In this document: piece after piece, positions 25,590 to 37,372 of the stretch
Layout of the letters: the number at the start of each line of letters is the position of its first letter
Position numbering within the stretch: the stretch's first letter is position 1
Assembly (NCBI RefSeq): GCF_963921235.1
Contig: NC_086097.1
Span: 114,020,001 to 114,084,000 of the forward strand
Length of the DNA: 64,000 bases
DNA from: Mobula hypostoma
Taxonomy: Eukaryota
Reading direction: 5' to 3'
Position numbers and translations under genes: made by a program
Notes under the pieces: model-generated
The model's database searches: none
The model's input: the letters and a program-made list of their open reading frames with translations, nothing else
Told to the model about the DNA's origin: nothing

Positions 25590-25756
25590 AGATCACATTT
25601 CTTCCCCAGTCTGATGTTTGATCTGAACAACAATTGAACCTCTTGACCAGGTCTGCATGCTTTTATGTATTAAGTTGCTGCCACAAGATTGGCTGTTTAG
25701 ATACTTGCATTAACGAGCAGGTTTACAGGTGTACCTAATAAAGTGGTCACTGAGAG
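25590..25756 (-). mobile_element. Tc1-like element terminal fragment
   Basis: ggtgtacctaataaagtggtcactgagag-TA matches the TIR of the element at 52018-52588. Confidence 0.8.
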
Positions 25757-25964
25757 TATTTGTTCTTTTCTAGAGATTAGACCAAATATATTGGATGATA
25801 TAAAAATGTAGGTTTCTGCCAGAGAGAAGAATTAGATTGACCTCAGAGTAGGTTAAGAAGTCAGCACAAGCTCATGGACCAAAAGGGCCTGGAGTGCGCT
25901 ATAACGTTCGATGTTTTATTCCCATATGAAATTTGAAATGTACATGAGATTCATATTAGAAACT

Positions 25965-26496
25965 GTATGAGTATTGCATGCAGTTCTGGTTGTTCCACTC
26001 TAGGATGGATGTTGAGGATTTGGAGAGGGTGCAGAAGAGGTTTACCAAGATGTTGCCTGGTTTAGAGGGCATGTGATATCACAAGATGCTGGATAAACTT
26101 AGGTTATTTTCTTTGGAGCGGCAGAGGCCAAGGGGACATCTGATAGAGGTTAATGAGATTATGAGAGGCATAGATGAAGTAGACAGGGAGTATCACATTT
26201 CCCAGGGTAGAAATGTCTAATACCAGAGGGTATGCATCGAAGATGAAAGGGGGATGTGAGGGGTAAGTTGTTTACTCAGAGAATGGTGGACGCTTGGAAT
26301 GTACTGTCTGGTATTATGGTAGAGGCTAACATATTAGAGGCTTTTAAGAGATGTTTAGATAGGCACGTGAATGTGAGGAAGGTGGAGGGATATGGACATT
26401 GTGTAGGTAGGAAGGATTTGATTTTGGAGATTTACTTTTTAGCAACAGCATTGTGGGCTGAAGGGCCTGTTGCTGTGCGGTACTGTTCTACGTTCT
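25965..26496 (+). mobile_element. CR1 3' fragment
   Basis: EYCMQFW, LERVQKRFTKMLPGL, FTQRMVDAWN and CR1 tail. Confidence 0.9.
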
Positions 26497-27081
26497 GCGA
26501 AAGGGCAGTATGATAGATGAGCTACAGCATATGTACTGGTTGTGTGCTCAATTATGTAGTAATGGCAGGAAATTGCAAGCAGGGGCTCTGCATAATGTGG
26601 AATGAATTCCAAGTAAGCACATTGTAAAATCACATTCTTGGTTTGCTTGTTACTGAATTCATTTGGGAAATTTGATAGATGTCAAGGGGAGGGAGTGAAA
26701 AGTTTTTCTAATTATTTGTGTCAATGTTAATATAAATAGTAATACGTCCTCCAGCATTTTGAGTGTGTTCATATGTACACCCCACACCATCCCAGAATTT
26801 CTTCATAAGCCAATTCGAAGGACTATTGCTTCAATATGATATCTTTCTACTATATCACACACCTTAATAGCCAATGGGGCCATTTAACCCTGACACTCAA
26901 TGGAAAACAAAGCTGAGAAGAAAAAAGAAAAGAGAGTATTCGAAGGCAACATACAGGTTAATAATTAGCACCCATTTTACACTGTTTCTGTTGTTAAAAA
27001 TTAACGTCAATGTATAATTAATTTTTACAATTGAAGTAAGGAATAGATTTCAAAGTCTAGAAATAGAATCTGTTGAAGATG

Positions 27082-27160
27082 GGGCCGGCTGGTGGCACAA
27101 TGACGTTGGCAGATGCACACACACAGACTCACACGCATGCAGGCACACGCCAAAAAAAAA
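27082..27160 (+). mobile_element. 79-bp SINE-headed retro-insertion with poly(A) and 17-bp TSD
   Basis: agaatctgttgaagatg at 27065-27081 and 27161-27177. 5' gggccggctggtgg is identical to the head of the SINE at 61679-61881. Confidence 0.85.
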
Positions 27161-28156
27161 AGAATCTGTTGAAGATGATAGCAATCATGTAGAAATGAAA
27201 TTTAACTTTCTAAAGGATGCCTTGGTAGAATCAGAGAACATCAGTGATTCCTAAAAAAGAAAAAAGCACAAAGAATAAATGGATGACAGATGAAATCAAA
27301 AGTCTAATGGAAGAAGGGAGATGGAAGAAAGCAAATCCTATAGAATATAAGTCCTTACATAAAAAAGTTAAAAGCTTATGTCAAAAAGCCAAAGAAGAAT
27401 GGTTAAAGCAGGAATGTGAGCAAATAGAAAGAATTCCTATTACTGATCCAAAAAGGTTACATCAACAAATCAAGAACATCATTGGTAAAAAGCTCCTCTG
27501 TTCTTCAGGTGGATGTTTGAAAGCAAAGGATGGTACCATTATCATGAAGAAAGATGAGATTATGAACAGATGGACTGGGTATATTCAGGAATTGTTTGAA
27601 GACGATCGAGGTGAAAAACCAGAAATTAAGAAAAACATTGAAGGTCCAAGTACTTTAAAATCTGAAGTTCATAATGCAATAAATAAGATGAAGAAAGGAA
27701 AGGCAGCAGGTCCTGATGAATTAGTAATAGAACAAATTATCGCCCTTGAAGATTATGGAATTGAAAAACTTACTGATTTAATCACTGACATTTATGAGAC
27801 TGGAATAATACCAGAAGAGATGAAAAAATCAGTATTTATCACTCTTCCTAAAAAATCCTGGAGCAATAGAATGTGAATTACATAGGACCATCAGTCTAAT
27901 GAGTCATATCACCAAGATACTTCTAAAAATTTTGATGACAAGAGCTAAAAGTAAGATACAAGCTGAAATATGTAAAGAACAATGTGGTTTTGTGAAAGAC
28001 AAAGGTACAAGAAACATAATATTGATGTTAAGGATACTATCAGAACAAGCTATTCAAGTGCAAGAAGATTTGTTTGTTTGTTTTATCAACTACACAGAAG
28101 CATTTGATAAAGTGAAACATAATACCTTATTTAGAATATTACAGAAAACCCTAGAT

Positions 28157-30388
28157 TAGGGGTCGCCAACCCGTTGATCTTTGAGACTTTCCCAGTAGAT
28201 CCCAAAGAAAAATCAAAAATAAATACACAAATACTGTTGTAATGTGAGCATTATAAAAATAAGTAATACTAATTAGGATAATAGTAATATAGCAATATTT
28301 TCACTAAAAAGCTGATTGTAAAGAGAGATTGTTTCCGGGTTGCAGGGGTTTAGCTCCGTTCTTTCTGCCCAGTGCGCATGGGTGTAGTTCCCCCGTCATG
28401 CACCGCGTTTTCAGCGTAGCCTGTGCTGCATCAAAGTGACCAATCAGATTAGATAAGAGTACTGACTGTCGCAAACGTCAATATACGGCAGTGTCCCCAA
28501 CCTCCGGGCCGCAAAGCAGGCAGGGGTACAGCAGTAGTCGGGATGCACACAGCATATTTTTAAGAAAAAAGCCGAAATAAACAAGCTAATTAATTAGGTG
28601 AATGTTGGCTCAGATCAGAGACAACGCAATCGGCAATCGCTTGTGATATCCTGATAGCATAGTGGAGGATCCACGAAAGAAGGCGAAAACATACAAATTC
28701 CATCCAGAATGGGAAGAGGAATTTCTGTTTACTTTGGTGAAAGACAAGCGTGTATGTATGTTGTGCCACCAAACACAAGCACTAACTAAAAGAGGGAATC
28801 TGGAGCGGCACTGCAACACCACCAGGAATTTAAAGACATCTACCCCCAAAGAGCGCAATTCGTGTCTGGAAAGTAGAGCTGAAATCGGGGTTGAAGGCTA
28901 AGCAATCGTTTTCCACAAAACATGCTGCTCAAAATAAGGCTGCTATTGAAGCATTATTTCGTGTAAGTCACCTTTTCGCTAAACACAAGAAGCCTTTTAC
29001 AGATAGCAATTTATTCAAGGAAGTAATGGTCATTACCGCAGAGACTGTTCTTAATGACTTTAAAAACAAAAACGGCATCACAACCTCAATACATAATATA
29101 CCGCTTGGCCCTGCAACAGTGACAAGGAGGGTAGAGTCACCGTCAGAGGACGTGAATATTTTTCACACAGTTCGATGAATCCCTGGATGTAATGCAAACA
29201 GCTCAGCTTGTTGTATTTGTCAGAATGGCTTTCCAGGATTTTACAACAAAGGAAGACTTCCCCACTCTTTCGCAATTAAAGGAAAGAACGAGAGGTGAGG
29301 ATATTTACAATGAGTTTTAAGAAAATATGTCCGTGAATATGACATCCCCATTCATAAACTGGTGGTAATTACTACTGATGGAGCCGAGCAATGCGCGGTG
29401 TGTGCGCTAGTTTTATAGCACTAAAAGTCAGTGCCTACTTCGGGTTAACTTATCAATGTAAAGTTGCATTTTCACAGATGAAAATTATTAAATCTAAGTA
29501 CAGGAGCTGATTTGCTGACAGACACCTCACTGGGGTTGCCAACTTTCTCACTCTCAAATAAGGGACAAAAGTAGCAATCAAATCCCTGGACATTTGTGTT
29601 TACCCCGAGAAAGACTAGCATGACCATGAAGCCTTGTGCAGGCACCTGTGTGCGCATGCGTGATGTGCTGATATTTTTAACCCCACGACTCAGTTTTGGC
29701 TTAATCTTCATTATTTCTACTTTATATAGGCTGTGTATTTATCATCTCATTCCTGCTTTTACTATATGTTAGTGTTATTTTAGGTTTTATGTGTTATTTG
29801 GTATGATTTGGTAGGTTATTTTTTTGGGTCTGGGAACGCTCAAAAAATTTTCCCATATAAATAATGGTAATTGCTTCTTCGGCGTAAAGCATTTCGGCAT
29901 GAAAGGTTTCATAGGAACGTTCTGCCTTGGCGGGGGGAATACAGGACAGTTGGCAACCCTACACCTCACAGACTGTCTCAGACTGGCTTTCTGTAGTTAT
30001 GAGCCAAATTTCAGGGAACTAGCAGAAAGTATTCAGCCCCAGTTATCACACTGAGTGCAACAGTCAATTTTTATTCATTTATTTTTCGTGTTGAACTAAA
30101 ATTAAATAATGAAACTTAGAATTAAAGGTGTGAAGTATTGTAATATGCTTAAAGAAAGACAGCTATGGCCTGTTTGATATGCTAGTTACAGTATTTTCTT
30201 GTTTGAATTAATTTGAAAGTTTGACAAAAGTATTTTGTGTAATTCAAATACAATTCACCCAAGTAAAAGGCCTCAAATTGGAAGTACAATCTGAGCTGTT
30301 CTTTCTCTAAACGATTTAGTAGGTAGATCTTGCCTTTCACTGAGGTCAAGGTAGGGGATCTTGGGCTTAAAAAGGTTGGTGACCATGA
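28157..30388 (+). mobile_element. hAT DNA transposon (Charlie/SPIN, GTF2IRD2-like) with a decayed, internally deleted transposase
   Basis: Ends TAGGGGTCGCCAACC and GGTTGGTGACCATGA; 8-bp TSD ccctagat/ctctagat. BED-finger-like KFHPEWEEEFLF..CMLCHQ..NLERH, AKHKKPFTD, C-terminal HLTDCLRLA. Confidence 0.9.
29531..29961. mobile_element. Non-autonomous hAT (Blackjack-like) element nested in the Charlie-like transposase
   Basis: TIRs TGGGGTTGCCAAC and GTTGGCAACCCTA. Perfect 8-bp TSD cacctcac (29523-29530 and 29962-29969). Confidence 0.9.
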
Positions 30389-33347
30389 CTCTAGATCTAG
30401 ATTCGAAAGACCTCTGCCTAATCAGAAATCTGTACTGGGAACAAACTGCCGCTGTAAGAATAGATGGAGAAGTGAGTCAGTTTACGAAAATCAAGAGCGG
30501 CGTTAGACAAGGGTGTGATTTCTCCCCTGACTTATTTAATGTGTACAGTGAAACAATATTCCAAAAAATAAGAGACATCTTGGGAATCAAAGTTGGCGGT
30601 GAAAATATCAATAATTTCAGATAAGCAGATGACACTGTGTTACTTGCAAGTACGGAAGAAGAACTACAAAAATTAATTGATACAGTTGATGAAGAAAGTG
30701 CAAAAATAGGTCTATCTGTTAATTGCAAAAAGACAGAATGTACGGTGATATTCAAAATGAAGGAGAATCCTATCTTCAGGGTGAGAATAAACGGGGAGGA
30801 CATAAAACCAGTACAGAACTTTTGCTTCTTAGGAAGCTGGGTGACATCCGATGGCAGGTGCGACATGGACATCTAAAGAAGAATAGGGATGACAAAAGAC
30901 ACCTTTATGAGAATGAAGGGTATACTGACCAATACTAAACTAAGCATGACAACCTGCCTCAGAATATTGAAATATTACGTTTATCCAGTTATGCTATATG
31001 GCTCAGAATGTTGGACAATATCTAGTAACATGAAGAAACAAATTGAAGCAGCAGAGATAAGACCATAAGACAAAGGAGCAGAAGTCAGCCATTCGACCCA
31101 TCGAGTCTGCTCCGCCATTTTATCATGAGCTGATCCATTCTCCCAGTTAGTCCCACTCCCCCGCCTTCTCACCATAACCTTTGATGCCCTGGCTAGTCAG
31201 ATACCTATCAATCTCTGCCTTAAATACACCCAATGACTTGGCCTCCACCGCTGCCTGTGGCAACAAATTCCATAGATTCACCACCCTCTGACTAAAAAAA
31301 AGTCTTTGCATTTCTGTTCTGGATGGGTGCCCTTCAATCCTTAAGTCATGCCCTCTCGTATTAGACTCCCCCATCATGGGAAACAACTTTGCCACATCCA
31401 CTCGGTCCATGCCTTTCAACATTCAAAATGTTTCTATGAGGTCTCCCCTCATTCTTCTAAACTCCAAGGAATACAGTCCAAGAGCGGACAAACAGTCCTC
31501 ATATGTTAACCCTCTCATTCCCGGAATCATTCTATTGAATCTTCTCTGTACCCTCTCCAACGTCAGCACATTCTTTCTTAAATAAGGAGACCAAAACTGC
31601 CCACAGTACTCCAAGTGAGGTCTCACCAGCGCCTTATAGAGCCTCAACATCACATCCCTGCTCCTATACTCTATTCCTCTAGAAATGAATGTCAACATTG
31701 CATTCACCGTCTTCACCACCGACTCAACTTGGAGGTTAACCTTAAGGGTATCCTGTACGAGGACTCCCAAGTCCCATTGCATCTCAGAACTTTGAATTCT
31801 TTCCCCATTTAAATAATAGTCTGCCCGTTTATTTTTTCTGCCAAAGTGCATAACCATACACTTTCCAACATTGTATTTCATTTGCCACTTCTTTGCCCAT
31901 TCTTCCAATCTATCCAAGTCTCTCTGCAGACTCTCCATTTCCTCAGCATTACTGGCCTCGCTACCTATCTTCGTATCGTCAGCAAACTTAGCCACAAAGC
32001 CATCTATTCCATAATCCAAATCGTTGATGTACAATGTAAAAAGAAGCGGCCCCAACACGGACCCCTGTGGAACACCACTGGTAACTGGCAGCCAACCAGA
32101 ATAGGATCCCTTTATTCCCACTCTCTGTTTCCTGCCAATCAATCAATGCTCTATCCACGTATGTAACTTTCCTGTAATTCCATGGGCTCTTATCTTGTTA
32201 AGTAACCTCATGTATGGCACCTTGTCAAAGGCCTTCTGAAAATCCAAATATACAACATCCACTGCATCTCCCTTGTCTAGCCTACTTGTAATTTCCTCAA
32301 AAAATTGTAATAGGTTTGTCAGGCAGGATTTTCCTTTAAGGAATCCATGCTGAGTTCTGCCTATCTTGTCATATGCCTCCAGGTACTCTGTAACCTCATC
32401 CTTGACAATCGACTCCAACAACTTCACAACCACGGATGTCAAGCTAACAGGTCTATAATTTCCTTTTTGCTTCCTTGCCCCCTTCTTAAATAGCAGAGTG
32501 ACATTTGCAATCTTCCAGTCTTCCGGAACCATGCCAGAATCTATCGACTTTTGAAAGATCATCGCTAATGCCTCCGCAATCTCCACAGCTACTTCCTTCA
32601 GAACACAAGGGTGCATTCCATCTGGTCTGGGAGATTTATCTACCTTTAGACTATTCAGCTTCCTGAGTACTTTCTCTGTGGTAATTGTGACTGCGCACAC
32701 TTCTCTTCCTTGCCACCCTGAGTGTCCAGTATACTGCTGATATCTTCCTCAGTGAAGACTGATGCAAAATACTTGTTCAGTTCCTCTGCCATCTCCTTAT
32801 CTCCCATTAGAATTTCTCCAGCATCTTTTTCTATCGGTCCTATATCTACTCTCACCTGTCTTTTACTCTTTATATACTTGAAAAAGCTTTTAGTATCCCC
32901 GTTGTTATTATTTGCTAGCTTCCTTTCATAGTTAAACTTTTCCTTCTTAATGACCTTCTTAGTTTCCTTTTGTAAGGTTTTAAAAACTTCCCAAACCTCT
33001 GTCTTCCCGCTAATTTTTGCTTCCTTGTATGCGCTCTCCTTTGCTTTAACTTTGGCTTTGACTTCTCTTGTCAACCATGGTTGCATCCTTTTTCCATTCA
33101 AAAATTTCTTCTTTTTTGGAAAATACCTGTCTTGCACCTTCCTCTCTTCTCGCATTAACTCCAGCCACTGCTGCTCTGCTGTCTTTCCCGCCAGTGCCCC
33201 CTTCCAGTCAACTTTGGCCAGTTCCTCTCTCATGCCACTGTAATTTCCTTTTATCCACTGAAATACGGACACATCAGATTTCGGCTTCTCTTTTTCAAAT
33301 TTCACAGTGAGCTCAATCATGTTATGATCACTGCCTCCAAAGGGTTC

Positions 33348-34268
33348 ATAGAAACATAGAAACATAGAAAATAGGTGCAGGAGTAGGCCATTCGGCCCTT
33401 CGAGCCTGCACCGCCATTTATTATGATCATGGCTGATCATCCAACTCAGAACCCCACCCCAGCCTTCCCTCCATACCCCCTGACCCCCGTAACCACAAGG
33501 GCCATATCTAACTCCCTCTTAAATATAGCCAATGAACTGGCCTCAACTGTTTCCTGTGGCAGAGAATTCCACAGATTCACCACTCTCTGTGTGAAGAAGT
33601 TTTTCCTAATCTCGGTCCTAAAAGGCTTCCCCTCTATCCTCAAACTGTGGCCCCTCGTTCTGGACTTCCCCAACATCGGGAACAATCTTCCTGCATCTAG
33701 CCTGTCCAATCCCTTTAGGATTTTATACGTTTCAATCAGATCCCCCCTCAATCTTCTAAATTCCAACGAGTACAAGCCCAGTTCATCCAGTCTTTCTTCA
33801 TATGAAAGACCTGCCATCCCAGGAATCAATCTGGTGAACCTTCTTTGTACTCCCTCTATGGCAAGGATGTCTTTCCTCAGATTAGGGGACCAAAACTGCA
33901 CACAATACTCCAGGTGTGGTCTCACCAAGGCCTTGTACAACTGCAGTAGTACCTCCCTGCTCCTGTACTCGAATCCTCTCGCTATAAATGCCAGCATACC
34001 ATTCGCCTTTTTCACCGCCTGCTGTACCTGCATGCCCACTTTCAATGACTGGTGTATAATGACACCCAGGTCTCATTGCACCTCCCCTTTTCCTAATCGG
34101 CCACCATTCAGATAATAATCTGTTTTCCTATTTTTGCCACCAAAGTGGATAACTTTACATTTATCCACATTAAATTGCATCTGCCATGAATTTGCCCACT
34201 CACCCAACCTATCCAAGTCACCCTGCATCCTCTTAGCATCCTCCTCACAGCTAACACTGCCACCCAGC
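33348..34268 (-). mobile_element. Young 5'-truncated CR1 nested in the APE domain of the full-length CR1
   Basis: Host reads EIEVKE|PFGGSDHN across the insertion. (atagaaac)n tail. Near-identical to 47733-48269. Confidence 0.92.
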
Positions 34269-35027
34269 TTCCTTCACCTCAATCTCTCTAATCATCTCCG
34301 GTTCATTACACAATACCCAATCCAGTACAGCCGATCCCCTAGTGGGCTCAACAACAAGCTGTTCTAAAAAGCCATCTCGCAGACATTCTACAAATTCTTG
34401 AGATCCAGTGCCGACCTGATTTTCCCAATCCACTCGCATGTTAAAATCCCCCACAATTTAACACTGCCCTTCTGACAAGCCTTTTCTATTTCCTGTTGTA
34501 ATTTGTAATCCATATCACTGCAGCTGTTTGGAGGCCTATAAATAACTGCCATCAGGGTCCTTTTACCCCTGCAATTTCTTAGCTCACCCCAAGATTCTGC
34601 ACCTTCCGATCCTATATCACCTCTTTCTAATGATTTAATATCATTTCTTACCAATAAAACCACACCTCCCCCTCTGCCTACCTTCCCATCCTTCCAATAC
34701 ACCGTGTATCCTTGGACGCTCAGCTCCCAGAGACATGCGTCCTTTAGCCACGTCTCAGAGATGGCCACAATATCATACCTGCCAATCTGTAGCTGCACGA
34801 CAAGATCATCCACCTTGTTACTTATGCTGCGTGCATTTAAGTATAACACCTTAAGACCAGTATTTGGTACTTTTCACTTTGATTTCACTGCAACTCATCC
34901 CAATGGCTACAAATTTGCCCCATCACCCGCCTGTCTTTCCTGACATCTTTACTGCTCGTTATCTTAGATTTATTTCTGTTTTCCCCTTCTTCCGCTCTAT
35001 CATTCCGGTTCTCATCTCCCTGCCAAA

Positions 35028-35948
35028 TTAGTTTAAACCCTCCCTAACAGCTCTATTAAACCTTCCCGGCAGGATATTAGCCCCCTCCGGGTTCAGGTGT
35101 AACCTGTCCATTTTGAACAGGGCATACTTCCCCCAGAAGAGATCCCAATGATCCAAGAATCTGAAGCCCTGCCCCCTGCACCAGTCTCTCAGCCATGCAT
35201 TCATCTGCCTGATCCTACTACTCTTGCCCTCACTAGCACACGGCACAGGTAGCAATCCCGAGATTACTACCCTGGAGGTCCTGCTTCTCAGCTTCCTTCC
35301 TAACTCCCAGAAATCTCTCTTCAGGACCTCCTCCTTTGTCCTATCTATGTCATTGGTACCAACATGTACCAAGACAACTGGCTGCTTACCCTCCCCTTTC
35401 AGAATATTCTGGACCCAATCCGAGACATCCCGTACCCTGGCACTTGGGAGGCAACACACCATGCGAGTATCTCTATCAGGCTCACAGAATCTCCTGTCCG
35501 TTCCCCTGACTATGGAATCCTCTATGACTACTGCATTCCTCTTCACCCTCCTTCCCTCCTGCACAACAGCGCCAGGCTCAGTGCCAGAGACCCGGTCACC
35601 GTGGGCGTCCCCTGTCAGGTCATCCCCCTCAACAGCATCTAGAACAAGATATTTGTTGCTGAAGGAGACAGCCACAGGTGTGCTCTCCACTATCCAGGCA
35701 TCTCCCTTCCCTCTCTTGACAGTGACCCAGTTTTCTGACCCCTGTAGCCTAGGGATGACTACCTCCCTGTAGCTCCTGTCTATCAACTCTTCACTTTCCC
35801 TAGTAAGCAGTAGGTCATCAAGCTGCAGCTGCAGATCCCTAACACGGTCTCTGAGGAGCTGCATCTCGGTGCACCTGGCGCAGATGTGGCCATCAGGGAG
35901 GCTGGAGGTCTCCCAGGATTTCCACATCTGATACCTTGAACAAAGCAC
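35028..35948 (-). CDS. CR1 ORF1p (Zn-finger remnant, coiled coil, SGNH/GDSL esterase-like domain)
   Basis: Open for 306 aa: HICARC, LRDRVRDLQLQLDDL, VIEDSIVR, CLPSARV, HVGTND, DRLHLN. The likely ATG at 35962 is out of frame. Confidence 0.85.
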   Translation of the reverse strand: MLCSRYQMWKSWETSSLPDGHICARCTEMQLLRDRVRDLQLQLDDLLLTRESEELIDRSYREVVIPRLQGSENWVTVKRGKGDAWIVESTPVAVSFSNKYLVLDAVEGDDLTGDAHGDRVSGTEPGAVVQEGRRVKRNAVVIEDSIVRGTDRRFCEPDRDTRMVCCLPSARVRDVSDWVQNILKGEGKQPVVLVHVGTNDIDRTKEEVLKRDFWELGRKLRSRTSRVVISGLLPVPCASEGKSSRIRQMNAWLRDWCRGQGFRFLDHWDLFWGKYALFKMDRLHLNPEGANILPGRFNRAVREGLN

Positions 35949-37372
35949 TAACCTGCAGGCATGCTATCTAATTCTACAGGAATAAAACAGGAAAAATAAG
36001 TCTACTCATCCACTTACCTCGCCAAACAGATGAACTTTTTAAACCGTTAGCTTGTACCATTAGCTGTGAGAACCCTGCTGTTCCTATCTGTCCGGGCCGA
36101 TTCGCGAAGGTGGGGGGGGGAGAAATAAAGAGTTGGTGCTTCGCTCTCGCCTCTTCCCATGTACCGTCAAAGCCCGTTGAATCCAAAGCCCTACACTCTG
36201 CTACCGCTTACTCCGCTGCCCGCTGTATAGGGTGATCTCCTTTTTAAACTCTCCGCACTGTCCTGTTACATCACGTGCCTGCGCAGTCTCGTCCTTCTTG
36301 CACTCGAAGAAGTTTTTAAAAATACTGCCTTCCTTCAGAACTCTGCTCCCACGCCACTCTGTAGTCCCGATCCAAAAGATGTGGTTTTTGAGGAGGATGC
36401 AAAGAATATCATGGATGAAATGAGTATCTAACGAGGATGTCATGAACAGAGCAAACACAAAAAGAGAAATAATGTATGGGATCATGAAAAGGCAATGTCA
36501 CTTCATTGGACATGTGATTAGGAAAGAGGAGTTAGACTGCACGATAACTATGGGAAAAATTGAAGGGAAGAAAGCAAGAGGAAGAGAAAGACAAATGATG
36601 ATGGAGACAGCAGTCAGAGAACTGGAAATGAATACCAATGAATTGATCCACTTGACCCGAAACAGGAGTGTGTGGGCCATGGCAGTCAAAGCTCAAACTG
36701 GGCATGGCACCTGACGATGATGATGATGATACACAATCAGTAAAAATTTGAGAGTGAGAAAGCACGTCTATCAGCAGCTGGGTGAAGAAGTTCCTGTCTG
36801 AGTTCAGTTACGATGGTAGTAAATGGGAAGCTTGGGAGTTGTATCAATCTGTTTAATATTGATTTTATATACAGCTTTGGTTGTAAAGCGGATTAGGTAG
36901 TTCTTCTGCTGGACGTTGAAATTCCTGCACAACCATGTATGAATTAAGCTGCAACTCCTGATCAAAGCTTTAGAAGATAATTTTTTTATTTCTCTTGGTA
37001 TAATATAGCTTCGTTAACTGAGTGTCCAAATAGGAATATTCCAAACAGAGTTTCATTAATTCTAAATACAGTTTATGATAAATAATTTCAGATAAAGTTT
37101 ATGATAAAGGGCTTCCAATTTTAATTGAGTGGGATTTAAGCCAAGACAATTGTCATTGAATAGTAAATAATGATTAATGATGGAAAAGGAGGGAGAATTT
37201 GCCCTCTTTTCACTTGGATTTGGGCCTTTCTGGCAAGACGAGAATTTATTGACCATCCTATTTGCTGAAAAAGGTGCTGGAGAGTGATCTTCTTGAATTG
37301 TCCCCTTCCTCCAGACGCAGTGCTGTTGTACAGAATTCGAGAAGGATCAGCATGACATTTCCACTAGGTCGA

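Larger units (their letters stand above)
31059..36376 (-). mobile_element. Apparently full-length CR1 LINE (5' UTR, ORF1, frameshifted ORF2 APE-RT, 3' UTR) inserted in the RTE
   Basis: LYLNARSI..ISETWL, GDFN, DLVL-like/SDHN motifs, DFQKAFDKVP, GVPQGSVLGP, FADDTK. AGAT flanks both junctions (31055-31058 and 36377-36380). Confidence 0.95.
27022..36730 (+). mobile_element. 5'-truncated RTE-clade LINE split into four pieces (27022-27081, 27161-28156, 30389-31058, 36377-36730) by nested insertions
   Basis: KGKAAGPDEL, EQCGFVKDKGTRN..AFDKVKH, GVRQGCDFSPDLFNVY..ADDT, EAAE|MWFLRRMQRISW, GKIEGKKARGR, (GAT)n tail at ~36713-36730. Confidence 0.92.

Noticed and set aside
28662..29420. Domesticated GTF2IRD2/ZBED-like host gene
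   Set aside because: Frameshifts, stops, internal deletion, TIRs and TSD indicate a dead transposon copy.
33423..34115. Long ORFs such as 33423-34115 (+), 35224-35772 (+) and 30477-30872 (-) as novel genes
   Set aside because: They are antisense shadows of CR1/RTE coding sequence.
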